Shown: positions 41,116-52,681, numbered from the stretch's first letter. The stretch: 54,649 bases of DNA from Bacteroidales bacterium (GCA_007135645.1 SLIL01000028.1:1-54649), one strand, 5' to 3'. Numbers and translations are program-made. Notes: a model not told the origin generated them from the sequence alone.

Positions 41116-41153
41116 AATAAAAAGAGGTAATAATTTTAAACAGTCATAATAAG

Positions 41154-41600
41154 ATGGATTTAAGTAATCTTAAGCCAGCAAGCGGTTCAACAAAAACCCG
41201 CAAGAGAATTGCACGAGGTCAGGGTTCAGGTCGTGGTGGTACATCCACAAGAGGACATAAAGGAGCCAAATCGCGTTCAGGATATAGCAGAAAAGCTGGT
41301 TTTGAAGGTGGTCAGATGCCCCTAGTAAGGAGAGTTCCCAAATTCGGGTTTAAAAACCGTTTCAGGGTAGAGTATACTCCCATTAACCTGGATGTTATTC
41401 AGCAGTTGGTTGATCAGAAAGGCCTTACGGCTATCAACCCCGAGGTTCTGGCAGAAAACGGTCTTTCTTCAGGCAAGGATCTGATCAAGATTCTGGGAAG
41501 AGGCGAATTGAAAGCAGCCGTAGAAGTAACGGCACATAAATTCTCTGCCACAGCAGCTAAAGCCATTGAGTCTAAAGGTGGTAAAATAAATACGTTATAG
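41154..41600 (+). CDS. rplO: 50S ribosomal protein L15
   Basis: 148 aa, L.NLKPA.GS.K.RKR.ARG.GSG.G.T. Confidence 0.98.
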   Translation: MDLSNLKPASGSTKTRKRIARGQGSGRGGTSTRGHKGAKSRSGYSRKAGFEGGQMPLVRRVPKFGFKNRFRVEYTPINLDVIQQLVDQKGLTAINPEVLAENGLSSGKDLIKILGRGELKAAVEVTAHKFSATAAKAIESKGGKINTL

Positions 41601-41609
41601 GTTTAAATA

Positions 41610-42974
41610 ATGAAAAGATTTATCCAGACACTGCAAAATATTTACCGGATCGAAGATCTGCGGATCCGAATTATTAACACATTGGGTATCATCCTGATCT
41701 ACAGGTTAGGATCCTTTGTAGTTCTTCCCGGTGTTGACCCTCAAATGTTGGATGCCTTGCAGGCACAAACAGCAGATGGATTGCTTGGTCTGTTAAATAT
41801 GTTCTCTGGAGGGGCCTTCTCCAATGCCTCAATTTTTGCATTGGGCATCATGCCCTACATTAGTGCCTCCATTGTTATTCAGTTGCTTGGTGTGGCAGTA
41901 CCCTACTTCCAGAAGCTGCAGAAAGAAGGAGAAAGCGGACGTAAGAAGATCAACCAGATCACCCGTTATCTTACTGTGGTAATTACCGGAGCACAGGCCC
42001 CTGCTTATCTGGCCAACCTTGCTTCACAGTTGCCAAGAGAAGCTATTACTCCCTTTGATGGGGATCCGGGAGCAAGCATGACCTTTTTCATTGTTTCTTC
42101 GGTAATTATTCTCATTTCAGGTACCATGTTTGTAATGTGGCTTGGTGAAAAAATTACCGATAAAGGAATTGGTAACGGTATTTCACTCATTATTATGGTG
42201 GGTATTATTGCCAACCTTCCCTTTGCCTTGTTTGCTGAGTTTATAGCAAGAGTGGAAGAAGCCGGCGGAGGCGGTCTTGTTGTTTTCCTGGTTGAGATAG
42301 TTGTGCTGATGGCTGTTGTGGTATTGTGTATTATGCTTGTACAGGGCACCAGAAGAATTCCGGTGCAGTTTGCAAAGCGCGTGGTAGGCAACAAGCAATA
42401 TGGTGGAGTAAGACAGTATATTCCTCTTAAAGTAAATGCTGCTGGTGTAATGCCTATCATTTTTGCCCAGGCAATCATGTTTATTCCCATTACCTTGGCC
42501 GGTTTTGCCGGTTCGGAGGCAATGAGCGGTTTTGCTGCTACATTCTCCAATTTCCTTGGGTTCTGGTATAATTTCACCTTTGCCATTCTGATCATTCTGT
42601 TCACCTATTTCTACACGGCTATTACTGTTAATCCCAATCAAATGGCCGAAGACATGAAAAAGAATGGTGGTTTTATCCCAGGAGTGAAACCCGGAAAGAG
42701 AACAGCCGAATTCATTGACAATGTAATGTCGAGGATTACCTTGCCTGGATCATTATTCCTTGCCTTTGTGGCAGTAATGCCCGCCATTGTTAGTTTGATG
42801 GGTGTTACAGGACAATTTGCTCAATTTTTTGGTGGAACCTCGTTGCTCATTATGGTAGGTGTTGTACTTGATACCCTGCAACAAATTGAGAGCCACCTGC
42901 TGATGCGCCATTACGATGGTTTAACCAAGTCTGGAAGAATTAAAGGACGTGCATCCATGGGGATGACAGGATAA
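41610..42974 (+). CDS. secY: Preprotein translocase subunit SecY
   Basis: 454 aa, 10-TM topology, position after rplO. Confidence 0.98.
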   Translation: MKRFIQTLQNIYRIEDLRIRIINTLGIILIYRLGSFVVLPGVDPQMLDALQAQTADGLLGLLNMFSGGAFSNASIFALGIMPYISASIVIQLLGVAVPYFQKLQKEGESGRKKINQITRYLTVVITGAQAPAYLANLASQLPREAITPFDGDPGASMTFFIVSSVIILISGTMFVMWLGEKITDKGIGNGISLIIMVGIIANLPFALFAEFIARVEEAGGGGLVVFLVEIVVLMAVVVLCIMLVQGTRRIPVQFAKRVVGNKQYGGVRQYIPLKVNAAGVMPIIFAQAIMFIPITLAGFAGSEAMSGFAATFSNFLGFWYNFTFAILIILFTYFYTAITVNPNQMAEDMKKNGGFIPGVKPGKRTAEFIDNVMSRITLPGSLFLAFVAVMPAIVSLMGVTGQFAQFFGGTSLLIMVGVVLDTLQQIESHLLMRHYDGLTKSGRIKGRASMGMTG

Positions 42975-42984
42975 TTCAGACCCA

Positions 42985-43785
42985 ATGATAGAATATAAAT
43001 CCGAAAAAGAAATAGAACTGATTCGGGAGAGTTCTTTGCTTGTTGCGAAAACCTTAGGTGAAGTTGCCAAAACAATTCGTCCAGGCATTAAAACCATTGA
43101 GCTGGATAAGCTTGCTGAAGAGTTTATTCGTGATCATGGTGCAGTGCCAGGTTTTAAAGGGTACCATGGTTTTAGTGGAACCCTCTGTATTTCTCCCAAT
43201 GAACAGGTAGTTCATGGCATACCAGGACAAAGGGAGTTGAAGGAGGGTGATATTATCTCCATTGACTGTGGTGTACTGAAAAACGGATTTTATGGCGATT
43301 CAGCCTATACCTTTGCCATTGGTGAAATAGATGAAGCTGTCAGGCGGCTGTTACATGTTACCTACCAGTGCCTTACTCTTGGAATAGAGCAGGCCATTGA
43401 AGGAAACACACTGGGCGACATCTCATTTACCATACAAGACCATGCGGAAGCCAATGGTTATTCGGTGGTCAGGGAGCTGGTAGGTCACGGATTAGGCCGA
43501 AATCTTCATGAACCCCCCGAGGTGCCCAATTTTGGTAAAAAAGGCAAAGGATTGAAGTTGAGAAAGGGATTGGTTGTAGCCATTGAGCCTATGATCAACC
43601 TGGGCAAAAGATTTGTGGTACAGGAAAAAGATGGCTGGACCATCCGCACCAGCGACCGCATGCCCTCGGCTCATTATGAACATACCATCGCCGTGGGCGT
43701 TGATAAAGCCGATGTCTTATCTTCTTTTTCGCACATCATAGAGTCTCTTAAATCTAATATAAACAATTCGATAATTATTGAGTAA
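42985..43785 (+). CDS. map: Type I methionine aminopeptidase
   Basis: 266 aa with metal ligands in DCG...D, HGLG and IEP...E contexts. Confidence 0.96.
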   Translation: MIEYKSEKEIELIRESSLLVAKTLGEVAKTIRPGIKTIELDKLAEEFIRDHGAVPGFKGYHGFSGTLCISPNEQVVHGIPGQRELKEGDIISIDCGVLKNGFYGDSAYTFAIGEIDEAVRRLLHVTYQCLTLGIEQAIEGNTLGDISFTIQDHAEANGYSVVRELVGHGLGRNLHEPPEVPNFGKKGKGLKLRKGLVVAIEPMINLGKRFVVQEKDGWTIRTSDRMPSAHYEHTIAVGVDKADVLSSFSHIIESLKSNINNSIIIE

Positions 43786-43789
43786 AAGT

Positions 43790-44008
43790 ATGGCAAAACA
43801 ACCTTCAATACAACAAGACGGAACAGTAATAGAGTCATTGGGAAATGCAATGTTTCGTGTTGAACTGGAGAATGGACATGTGATCACAGCCCATATCTCA
43901 GGGAAGATGCGTATGCACTATATCAAAATTCTTCCGGGAGATAAGGTGAAAATTGAGATGTCGCCATACGATTTGTCAAAAGGCAGAATAACTTTTAGGT
44001 ACAAGTAA
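43790..44008 (+). CDS. infA: Translation initiation factor IF-1
   Basis: 72 aa, [32 protein letters not shown] at 43790 preferred to the TTG at 43778. Confidence 0.96.
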   Translation: MAKQPSIQQDGTVIESLGNAMFRVELENGHVITAHISGKMRMHYIKILPGDKVKIEMSPYDLSKGRITFRYK

Positions 44009-44040
44009 ACAGAATCTGACACAGAAAAAAATAATCTAAA

Positions 44041-44157
44041 ATGAAAGTAAGTGCATCAGTAAAGAAAAGAAGCTCCGAGTGCAAGATTGTGCGTCGTAAG
44101 GGCAGAGTATACGTAATCAACAAAAAGAACCCCAAGTTTAAGCAACGTCAGGGTTAA
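44041..44157 (+). CDS. rpmJ: 50S ribosomal protein L36
   Basis: 38-aa ORF absent from the ORF track. Hand translation: [38 protein letters not shown], stop TAA at 44155-44157. Canonical position between infA and rpsM. Confidence 0.92.
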   Translation: MKVSASVKKRSSECKIVRRKGRVYVINKKNPKFKQRQG

Positions 44158-44184
44158 ACGCATAAATAATTAATTTTTGAACAT

Positions 44185-44562
44185 ATGGCACGTATTGCAG
44201 GAATTGATATCCCAAAAAACAAAAGAGGCGAAGTAGCTCTGACCTATATTTACGGAATTGGCCGTAGCAATGCTCAGAGAATTTTGGCCGAAGCAGGTGT
44301 TGATGTCAACATCAAAGTACAGGACTGGAACGATGACCAGATCACCGCTATCCGTAATATCATCAACGATAATTACAAGGTAGAGGGTGGATTGCGTTCT
44401 GAAGTACAGATGAACATTAAGCGCCTGATGGATATTGGATGCTACAGAGGGATACGCCATAGGATCGGACTGCCGCTCAGAGGTCAGAAGACCAAAAACA
44501 ACGCCCGTACGCGTAAAGGCAAGAAGAAAACCGTGGCCAACAAGAAAAAAGCAACCAAATAA
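44185..44562 (+). CDS. rpsM: 30S ribosomal protein S13
   Basis: 125 aa, [10 protein letters not shown]. Confidence 0.98.
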   Translation: MARIAGIDIPKNKRGEVALTYIYGIGRSNAQRILAEAGVDVNIKVQDWNDDQITAIRNIINDNYKVEGGLRSEVQMNIKRLMDIGCYRGIRHRIGLPLRGQKTKNNARTRKGKKKTVANKKKATK

Positions 44563-44629
44563 CAAGTAACTAATTTTTGAAGTTATCCCGGTTGTTGGAT
44601 AACTTGATCAGAGAAATTTAAAAATTATT

Positions 44630-45028
44630 ATGGCAAAATCAACAAAAGGATCACGCAGCACGAAAAAACGTGTAGTGAAGGTAGAACCTGTTGGACAGGC
44701 ACATATTTTTGCTTCTTTCAACAACATCATTATTTCCCTTACCAACAACAGCGGACAGGTTATTTCCTGGGCATCTGCCGGTAAAATGGGATTTAAAGGT
44801 TCTAAAAAGAATACCCCTTATGCAGGACAACTTGCAGCCACCGATGCAGCAAAAACAGCGTACGATGCAGGCCTCCGCAAAGTAAAGGTTTTTGTTAAAG
44901 GCCCTGGCTCTGGCAGGGAATCAGCTATCCGTACCCTACATGCTTCAGGTATTGAAGTTATTGAAATTGTTGACGTTACTCCACTACCGCACAACGGATG
45001 CAGGCCTCCCAAGAGAAGGAGAGTTTAA
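44630..45028 (+). CDS. rpsK: 30S ribosomal protein S11
   Basis: 132 aa, position and sequence. Confidence 0.98.
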   Translation: MAKSTKGSRSTKKRVVKVEPVGQAHIFASFNNIIISLTNNSGQVISWASAGKMGFKGSKKNTPYAGQLAATDAAKTAYDAGLRKVKVFVKGPGSGRESAIRTLHASGIEVIEIVDVTPLPHNGCRPPKRRRV

Positions 45029-45077
45029 TTTATATGTTCAAACATTGTTTTGTTTAAATCGATTTTTATAAAAAAAT

Positions 45078-45683
45078 ATGGCAAGATACAGAGGACCACA
45101 AACGAAAATTGCACGTAAATTCGGAGATGCAATTTTTGGTGCCGATAAAGCATTTGAAAAAAAGAAGTACCCTCCGGGGATGCACGGTGCAAATAAAAGA
45201 AGGAAAAAACAATCAGAGTACGGAATACAGCTTCAGGAGAAACAAAAAGCCAAATACACCTATGGTATCCTGGAAAGACAATTCTCCAACCTCTTTAAGA
45301 AAGCTACCCGCAAAAAAGGGATCACCGGTGAAATTCTGCTTCAGTTATTGGAATCAAGACTGGATAATGTTGTTTTTCGTTTGGGTATTGCTCCCTCGCG
45401 CAGAGCAGCGCGCCAGTTTGTAGGCCACAAACATATTACTGTTAATGGCGAGGTGGTGAATATTCCTTCTTATACCCTACGTCCCGGTGATGTAATTGGT
45501 GTTAGAGAGAAATCCAAAAGCCTTGAGGCAATCACCGAATCGTTGAGCGGAAGAGCAAATACTTTTAACTGGCTGGAGTGGGACGAGCAAAAACTCGAAG
45601 GAAAATTCCTTAACATGCCCGAAAGGGACCTTATCCCAGAAAATATCAAAGAACAACTCATCGTGGAGTTGTACTCTAAGTAA
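45078..45683 (+). CDS. rpsD: 30S ribosomal protein S4
   Basis: 201 aa, MARYRGP..K..R. Confidence 0.98.
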   Translation: MARYRGPQTKIARKFGDAIFGADKAFEKKKYPPGMHGANKRRKKQSEYGIQLQEKQKAKYTYGILERQFSNLFKKATRKKGITGEILLQLLESRLDNVVFRLGIAPSRRAARQFVGHKHITVNGEVVNIPSYTLRPGDVIGVREKSKSLEAITESLSGRANTFNWLEWDEQKLEGKFLNMPERDLIPENIKEQLIVELYSK

Positions 45684-45732
45684 TGATTTTTAACAACAGA
45701 ATTGATTTATCATCATTAAAACCCACTGATAA

Positions 45733-46725
45733 ATGGCAATATTAGCTTTTCAAAAACCGGATAAGGTCATAATGCTCGAATCTGATGGGAGCTATGGAAA
45801 ATTTGAGTTCAGACCCCTGGAGCCTGGTTATGGCATCACCATTGGGAACTCACTCAGAAGGATCCTTCTCTCCTCACTTGAAGGTTTTGCCATAACATCT
45901 GTAAAGATAGATACAGTAGAACATGAGTTCTCTTCTATCAAAGGTGTTGTGGAAGACGTAACTGAAATAGTACTCAACCTCAAGAAAGTAAGATTCAGGC
46001 GCAAAGTAGAAGAGGAAGATAGTGAAAAAGTTACGGTCAATATTTCGGGCAAAGATGTGTTTAAAGCCGGTGATCTGAACGATTCACTGAACAGCTTCCA
46101 GGTAATCAACACCGATGTGGTGATCTGCAATATGGAGCCCTCTGTTAATTTTAACATTGAGCTTACCATCGAAAAGGGCAGGGGATATGTTCCGGCTGAG
46201 GAGAATAAGCCTCTTAACCCAATTATTGGACAAATTGCAATCGACTCCATTTTTACACCCATCAAGAATGTAAAATACGTTGTAGAGAACTATCGTGTAG
46301 AACAGAAAACCGACTATGAAAAGCTTATAATCGAAATTCTTACCGACGGTTCCATTTCTCCCAAGGATGCATTGAAAGAGGCGGCCAAGATTCTTATCTT
46401 CCATTTCATGCTTTTCTCCGATGAGAAGATCACTATTGATACCGAAGAAAAGGCCACCAGTGAAGAGTTTGATGAAACTTCACTGCACATGAGGCAGCTG
46501 CTTAAGACCAAACTTGTTGATCTGGATCTTAGTGTAAGAGCATTGAACTGCCTGAAAGCAGCCGATGTGGAAACACTGGCCGACCTGGTTTCTCTTAATA
46601 AGCACGATCTGCTTAAATTCAGAAACTTTGGTAAGAAATCCCTCACCGAGCTTGAGGAACTTATTAAGTCCAAAAACCTGAGTTTTGGCATGAACCTTTC
46701 AAAATACAAATTAGATAAGGATTAG
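45733..46725 (+). CDS. rpoA: DNA-directed RNA polymerase subunit alpha
   Basis: 330 aa with N-terminal assembly domain and C-terminal domain ([10 protein letters not shown]). Confidence 0.98.
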   Translation: MAILAFQKPDKVIMLESDGSYGKFEFRPLEPGYGITIGNSLRRILLSSLEGFAITSVKIDTVEHEFSSIKGVVEDVTEIVLNLKKVRFRRKVEEEDSEKVTVNISGKDVFKAGDLNDSLNSFQVINTDVVICNMEPSVNFNIELTIEKGRGYVPAEENKPLNPIIGQIAIDSIFTPIKNVKYVVENYRVEQKTDYEKLIIEILTDGSISPKDALKEAAKILIFHFMLFSDEKITIDTEEKATSEEFDETSLHMRQLLKTKLVDLDLSVRALNCLKAADVETLADLVSLNKHDLLKFRNFGKKSLTELEELIKSKNLSFGMNLSKYKLDKD

Positions 46726-46730
46726 TTGAA

Positions 46731-47444
46731 ATGAGACACAGAAATAAAATAAATCAATTGGGAAGAAAATCCCAGCATAGGAAAGCCATGCTCTCCAATA
46801 TGGCCGCTTCCCTTATTCTTCATAAGAGAATCTATACTACCCTGGCCAAAGCCAAGGCCCTCAAGGTATATGTAGAGCCCCTGATCACCAAATCAAAAGA
46901 AGATTCTACCCATTCGCGCAGAACCGTTTTTTCCTACCTGGAAAATAAGCATGCGGTAAGTGAGCTTTTCAGGGAGGTTGCACAAAAGGTTGCTGACAGA
47001 CCAGGCGGCTACACCCGTATCTTAAAAACCGGTTTCAGAAAAGGTGATGCTGCTGAAATGTGTTTTATCGAGCTTGTAGACTACAATACCAACATGATTA
47101 AAACTGCCGAAGATACTTCAAGAAAAACACGCAGAAGCCGTCGTGGAAAGAAATCTTCTGATCCAAAAGTTGCTGAAACAACCGCTGCTGTTGACAAGGA
47201 AACTCCTGTTGCTGAAGAAAAGGTTGAAGAGCCCAAAGCTGAAACACCAGTAGAGGAAACCCCGGTAGCTGAAAAAGAAGAGGTGAAAGCTGAAGAAGAG
47301 GTAAAAGCTGAAGTGCAGGAAACTCAGGAAGAGGAGAAAGCCGAAGTAGCTGCTGAGAAAGAAGAGGCTCCTGAAGCAAAAAAAGCTGACGATAAAGAAG
47401 AAGCTGAAGAAAAAGAAGAAGACGACAGCAAAAAGAAAGAATAA
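46731..47444 (+). CDS. rplQ: 50S ribosomal protein L17 with long acidic/Lys-rich C-terminal extension
   Basis: 237 aa. N-terminal ~120 aa is canonical L17 ([12 protein letters not shown]...). The remainder is E/K/A/P-rich and low complexity. Confidence 0.95.
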   Translation: MRHRNKINQLGRKSQHRKAMLSNMAASLILHKRIYTTLAKAKALKVYVEPLITKSKEDSTHSRRTVFSYLENKHAVSELFREVAQKVADRPGGYTRILKTGFRKGDAAEMCFIELVDYNTNMIKTAEDTSRKTRRSRRGKKSSDPKVAETTAAVDKETPVAEEKVEEPKAETPVEETPVAEKEEVKAEEEVKAEVQETQEEEKAEVAAEKEEAPEAKKADDKEEAEEKEEDDSKKKE

Positions 47445-47503
47445 AGAAAGTCATTGACTCCCTTTATCCCTCAAAAAGTTGTTGGCTTAAGCAGATGACA
47501 TAA

Positions 47504-48949
<1,446 letters not shown>

Positions 48950-48972
48950 TAGCTTTTACTGAATTGATATTT

Positions 48973-49003
48973 AAAAGGGCTGCCATGTGGTAGCCCTTTT
49001 TTT
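48973..49003 (+). terminator. Rho-independent terminator after eno
   Basis: Stem GGGCTGCC / GGTAGCCC (8 bp with one G-U pair), loop ATGT, then TTTTTTT. Confidence 0.85.
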
Positions 49004-49084
49004 GTAATGTTTTTCAGCCGAAAGAGTTAGTAAGGATCTTACATTAAGTTTATGTTAACTTAATGTTATCTTGCCCCCTTTTAG

Positions 49085-49092
49085 TATTTTTG
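49085..49092 (+). promoter_or_regulatory. Candidate -7 promoter box TATTTTTG for the Na/Pi cotransporter gene
   Basis: Matches TAnnTTTG, 29 nt upstream of the ATG at 49121. Confidence 0.4.
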
Positions 49093-49120
49093 CTACCCTT
49101 AAAAATGTGAACTATTATCC

Positions 49121-50821
49121 ATGAACTTTAGTTTGTTTCAATTCCTGACCCTGTTTGGTGCCCTCAGCCTTTTTTTATTTGGAATGAAGGTGATGAGTGA
49201 AGGTATCCAGAAGCTTGCAGGCGACAAGATGCGCGGTATTCTGAGCGCGATGACTTCCAATCGTTTCCTTGGTGTTTTAACGGGTTTCTTCATTACCACC
49301 CTTGTGCAATCCTCTTCGGCTTCCACAGTTATGGTGGTTAGCTTTGTCAATGCAGGGCTACTAAGTCTTGTACAATCTGTTGGGGTGATCATGGGGGCAA
49401 ACATTGGAACTACCACTACAGCCTGGTTGATATCATTTTTAGGGTTTAAACTTAATATCGCTGCCTTATCGCTTCCAATCATTGGTATTGCATTCCCCAT
49501 GCTATATTTCTCCAAAGACAGGCTTACCTCTCTGGGCGAAACACTTTTGGGTTTTGCATTGCTTTTTATGGGCCTGGGGTTGTTGCAATCTTCGGTTCCT
49601 GATTTCAGGGAAAATCCCCAGATGTTTGAAGCACTGGAAAGCCTTACAGGATATGGATTTGGAAGTATCATGATATTTCTTGGCATTGGCACTTTGCTCA
49701 CCATCGTGCTGCAATCCTCAAGTGCTACCATGGCCCTTACCCTCGTAATGTGCAACAACGGTTGGATAGGTTTTGAGCATGGGGCAGCAATTGTGCTTGG
49801 AGAAAACATCGGAACAACCATTACAGCCAATTTAGCTGCACTGGTTGGAAATGTTTATGCCAAAAGGACGGCCCTTGCACATACACTTTTCAATATTTTC
49901 GGGGTTATCTGGATGCTGATCGCCTTTAATCTTTTCATTACCCAGATCAATTCATATATGGTCGGGATCGGGCTAAACTCTCCCTTTGAAGATCCTACCA
50001 TGATCCCATTTGGCCTTGCCATTTTCCATACTGCCTTTAATATTACCAATACACTGCTATTGATTGGTTTTATAAAAATAATAGTCATAGCTGTTGAGCG
50101 CATTGTTCCATCCAAGGGGAAAACTGATGAGCGGCTTCAGTTGGAGTATTTTGGTCATGGCTTCCTTCATATGGCAGAACTCTCAGTCTTGCAGGCCAGA
50201 AGAGAAACGTTGAGGTATTGCGACCTGGGGCAACGCATGTTTAATTTCATCCCCGAAATGGTTTACCAGACCGATAAGAAAAAATTTTCCAAGATACTGG
50301 CAAGGGTAAGCAAATATGAGGAAATCACCGACCGGGTTGAAGTTGAGATCACTACATTTTTGATCAAAGTGTCGCGCAAGCAGCTTAGTACCAGTGCATC
50401 GGATCAGTTGAGGAGATTGAGGCATGTATGCAGTGAGATAGAGAAAATCGGGGATATCTGCTTTAAAATGGCAACCATGCTGGAGAAGAAAAAAGAAGAA
50501 AAGGCCTATTTCACTCCAAGACAGAGAGAAGAGCTGGATAAAATGTTTGCACTGGTAAACGAGGCTTTTGATGTAATGATGCTGAATATTGAAAGGGGGG
50601 AGATCTTTGCCCGTTCCAACATCAGCAAATCCAATGTTCTGGAAAAGCGGATCAATGAATTCCGCGATAACATCAGTATTGAAGTTCTGGACGACCTTGA
50701 AAAAGGATCTACCCATGTGAAGAGCAGCTTTTACTTCAATAAAATGATCTCTTCGTGCGAAAAGGTTGGAGATTCCATTATCAACATCAGTGAAGCCGCA
50801 GCAGGAATAAATATTGATTAA
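49121..50821 (+). CDS. Na+/phosphate cotransporter family protein (NptA-like membrane domain + PhoU-like cytoplasmic repeats)
   Basis: 566-aa ORF. Duplicated QSSSA(S/T) motifs in the membrane domain and a helical PhoU-like C-terminal half. Confidence 0.88.
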   Translation: MNFSLFQFLTLFGALSLFLFGMKVMSEGIQKLAGDKMRGILSAMTSNRFLGVLTGFFITTLVQSSSASTVMVVSFVNAGLLSLVQSVGVIMGANIGTTTTAWLISFLGFKLNIAALSLPIIGIAFPMLYFSKDRLTSLGETLLGFALLFMGLGLLQSSVPDFRENPQMFEALESLTGYGFGSIMIFLGIGTLLTIVLQSSSATMALTLVMCNNGWIGFEHGAAIVLGENIGTTITANLAALVGNVYAKRTALAHTLFNIFGVIWMLIAFNLFITQINSYMVGIGLNSPFEDPTMIPFGLAIFHTAFNITNTLLLIGFIKIIVIAVERIVPSKGKTDERLQLEYFGHGFLHMAELSVLQARRETLRYCDLGQRMFNFIPEMVYQTDKKKFSKILARVSKYEEITDRVEVEITTFLIKVSRKQLSTSASDQLRRLRHVCSEIEKIGDICFKMATMLEKKKEEKAYFTPRQREELDKMFALVNEAFDVMMLNIERGEIFARSNISKSNVLEKRINEFRDNISIEVLDDLEKGSTHVKSSFYFNKMISSCEKVGDSIINISEAAAGINID

Positions 50822-50845
50822 AACTTCCCTGCTTCCATGTTGAAT

Positions 50846-52597
50846 TTACGTATAGCTTTTTGAGTCAATTCCTTTAGCTCTGGCAAGATAGTTTTGTATC
50901 GTATCAGAAACGGATTCCGGCTCATCCGATCCCAGGTCAAAAACGATTATATCACCCACATTCCATTTGCGCATCATAGGTTTTACAAGCCGTTCTCTTA
51001 CCACCCAGAATTGTGCACAGGCTTTTGCTTCCACTATTTTTTCAATGGCAGGGGCCCAGCCCTGATTGTTTATTTCCATGGGCCCCAGCTCGTCAATTAC
51101 CAGTAAGTCCGGAGGATCTGTCAAAGCTCCGGTAATAATGGTACACCCTTTCTCAATGCCGGTTTGTTCAAAATAAAAGCGGCCATAGCGGGGTTTTTGG
51201 GGATCGGGTTCTGTGGAGCATAGTGGGGTTTCTTCTCCTGTCTGGATATTTTGAATATGGTAGGCATTTCGACTTTTGTCATTGGTATTTCCAAGGGTAA
51301 CCAATCCGGTTATCTTAAACCCGCTTTTTTGCAGCTCTTCTATCAGGTTACGGGTAAACCGGGTTTTGCCCTGATGGATCTGCCCCGTGAGGATAAATAC
51401 CGGTTTGTGGCTGGTTTCAGCCTGCCGGAATGCATGAAGCAGCGCCTGGGACCGGCCCAGCATGGCATGGGCAAGCTTTCTGTATCCCCTGATCCGATTC
51501 GACTGGCTGTAAAACTCTTCCATGATGCCCGGTAATGAAGAAAAAGCCAGTTCGACCGATTGATACAGGTTCTGGAAGCCCCGGTTGTAAAGCAGGTTCT
51601 TAACAACCGGGTTCTTCAGTTCCACGCTGATAGCCGCGAAACAGGTAAGTAACAGCAGTGCCCTGAAGCTCATCTTCAGCCCGATAGTAAACCCTTCGAT
51701 GCTGAGAATTTGCCCCCACCCGTTTTTAAACAGGGCCGATAACAGGATGATAACTCCCAGTTGCACCCATAGGGCGGGTTTGCGCAAATACTTCATATTG
51801 CCGGGATAACGCAGATAGCCTGCAGCCAGTACCATGACCACCACAACTGCCGAAACCCAGATCTCATACTGACCAATTACCAGCATACCTGCTACAAGGA
51901 CAATGAAACTGACCACTAAAAACCATATAGAGTGGTTGTTTTTTCGGCTGTGCCGGAACAGATCACTTTTCCCATGGGGTTCAATGGGGTTAAATGTAGT
52001 GCTCTCTTTCTGGGTTTTTAAGTAGTTGCGCCCGGATATATACCCCATAAGTCCAGCCAGTGAACCACTGAAAAGGTAAGCGAAACTTAATATTCCCAGT
52101 AGCCAGTTGGGATGTAACTGTTCTATTCTAAGTTGTCGTGCAGCAAAAAAGTACATGCTCTCCAGTAACAGCACAAAGTCCCAGCCATACAATATGAGCA
52201 ATGTTAGGGCTTTTTGTGCCAGCGCGCTGAATACTGCCAAAGCCCCTCCGACTAAGTAGGAAAAGAGGTTACGACCTGTAAGCCTTATCATAAAATCCAG
52301 GATAATGGCTTGCGATAAGATCCCTATCATTGGGCCAAGAATTATGGCACTGGGCGAAATGGATTTCATCAGGGCACAAATCAGTCCTGCCCTCCAGATC
52401 AAGCCATGGATGTTCCACACCTGAAAAAAGGAGATGGCCAGAAAAACCGTGATAAAAGATAGTATGGAACCTGCCAGGGGCAGTCTGAGGTTATGAAGCA
52501 AGCTCCCCAGAACAATCTCAACCGTAGCCCATAAACTGCCTACCACAGCAGCCTTTAGCCATTTTTCAGAGAGTTGTTTCTTAGGGTAGATTTTCAT
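50846..52597 (-). CDS. Fusion protein: polytopic membrane domain (about 10-11 predicted TM helices, ECF S/T-component-like) + C-terminal P-loop NTPase (THEP1/DUF2478-like)
   Basis: 583-aa ORF. Residues 1-~370 are strongly hydrophobic helices. The C-terminal ~190 aa carry Walker A GQIHQGKT and Walker B LLVIDELGPME. No ABC signature motif. Confidence 0.65.
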   Translation of the reverse strand: MKIYPKKQLSEKWLKAAVVGSLWATVEIVLGSLLHNLRLPLAGSILSFITVFLAISFFQVWNIHGLIWRAGLICALMKSISPSAIILGPMIGILSQAIILDFMIRLTGRNLFSYLVGGALAVFSALAQKALTLLILYGWDFVLLLESMYFFAARQLRIEQLHPNWLLGILSFAYLFSGSLAGLMGYISGRNYLKTQKESTTFNPIEPHGKSDLFRHSRKNNHSIWFLVVSFIVLVAGMLVIGQYEIWVSAVVVVMVLAAGYLRYPGNMKYLRKPALWVQLGVIILLSALFKNGWGQILSIEGFTIGLKMSFRALLLLTCFAAISVELKNPVVKNLLYNRGFQNLYQSVELAFSSLPGIMEEFYSQSNRIRGYRKLAHAMLGRSQALLHAFRQAETSHKPVFILTGQIHQGKTRFTRNLIEELQKSGFKITGLVTLGNTNDKSRNAYHIQNIQTGEETPLCSTEPDPQKPRYGRFYFEQTGIEKGCTIITGALTDPPDLLVIDELGPMEINNQGWAPAIEKIVEAKACAQFWVVRERLVKPMMRKWNVGDIIVFDLGSDEPESVSDTIQNYLARAKGIDSKSYT

Positions 52598-52651
52598 TAG
52601 GATGTAAAGAGTGTTTTATCGTTTATGGGTCTGGGAGTCCGGAAGTTTTTA

Positions 52652-52681
52652 AGTTTAAAGGTTTAAGAGTTTAAAGGTTTA
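52652..52681. repeat. Tandem direct repeat AGTTTAAAGGTTTA x2 (period 16)
   Basis: Identical 14-mers at 52652-52665 and 52668-52681, separated by AG, in the spacer upstream of the membrane-NTPase gene. Confidence 0.8.

Noticed and set aside
49138-49830. 230-aa ORF antisense to the Na/Pi cotransporter gene. Similar long antisense ORFs occur at 28019-28591, 42005-42604, 29847-30407, 31286-31780, 50183-50716, 16530-16961, 17118-17600, 45828-46265 and 75-449.
   Set aside because: Each lies entirely inside, and opposite to, a gene with unmistakable family motifs. Their translations are low complexity or Ser/Arg/Cys-rich with no recognisable motifs. They are typical shadow ORFs.
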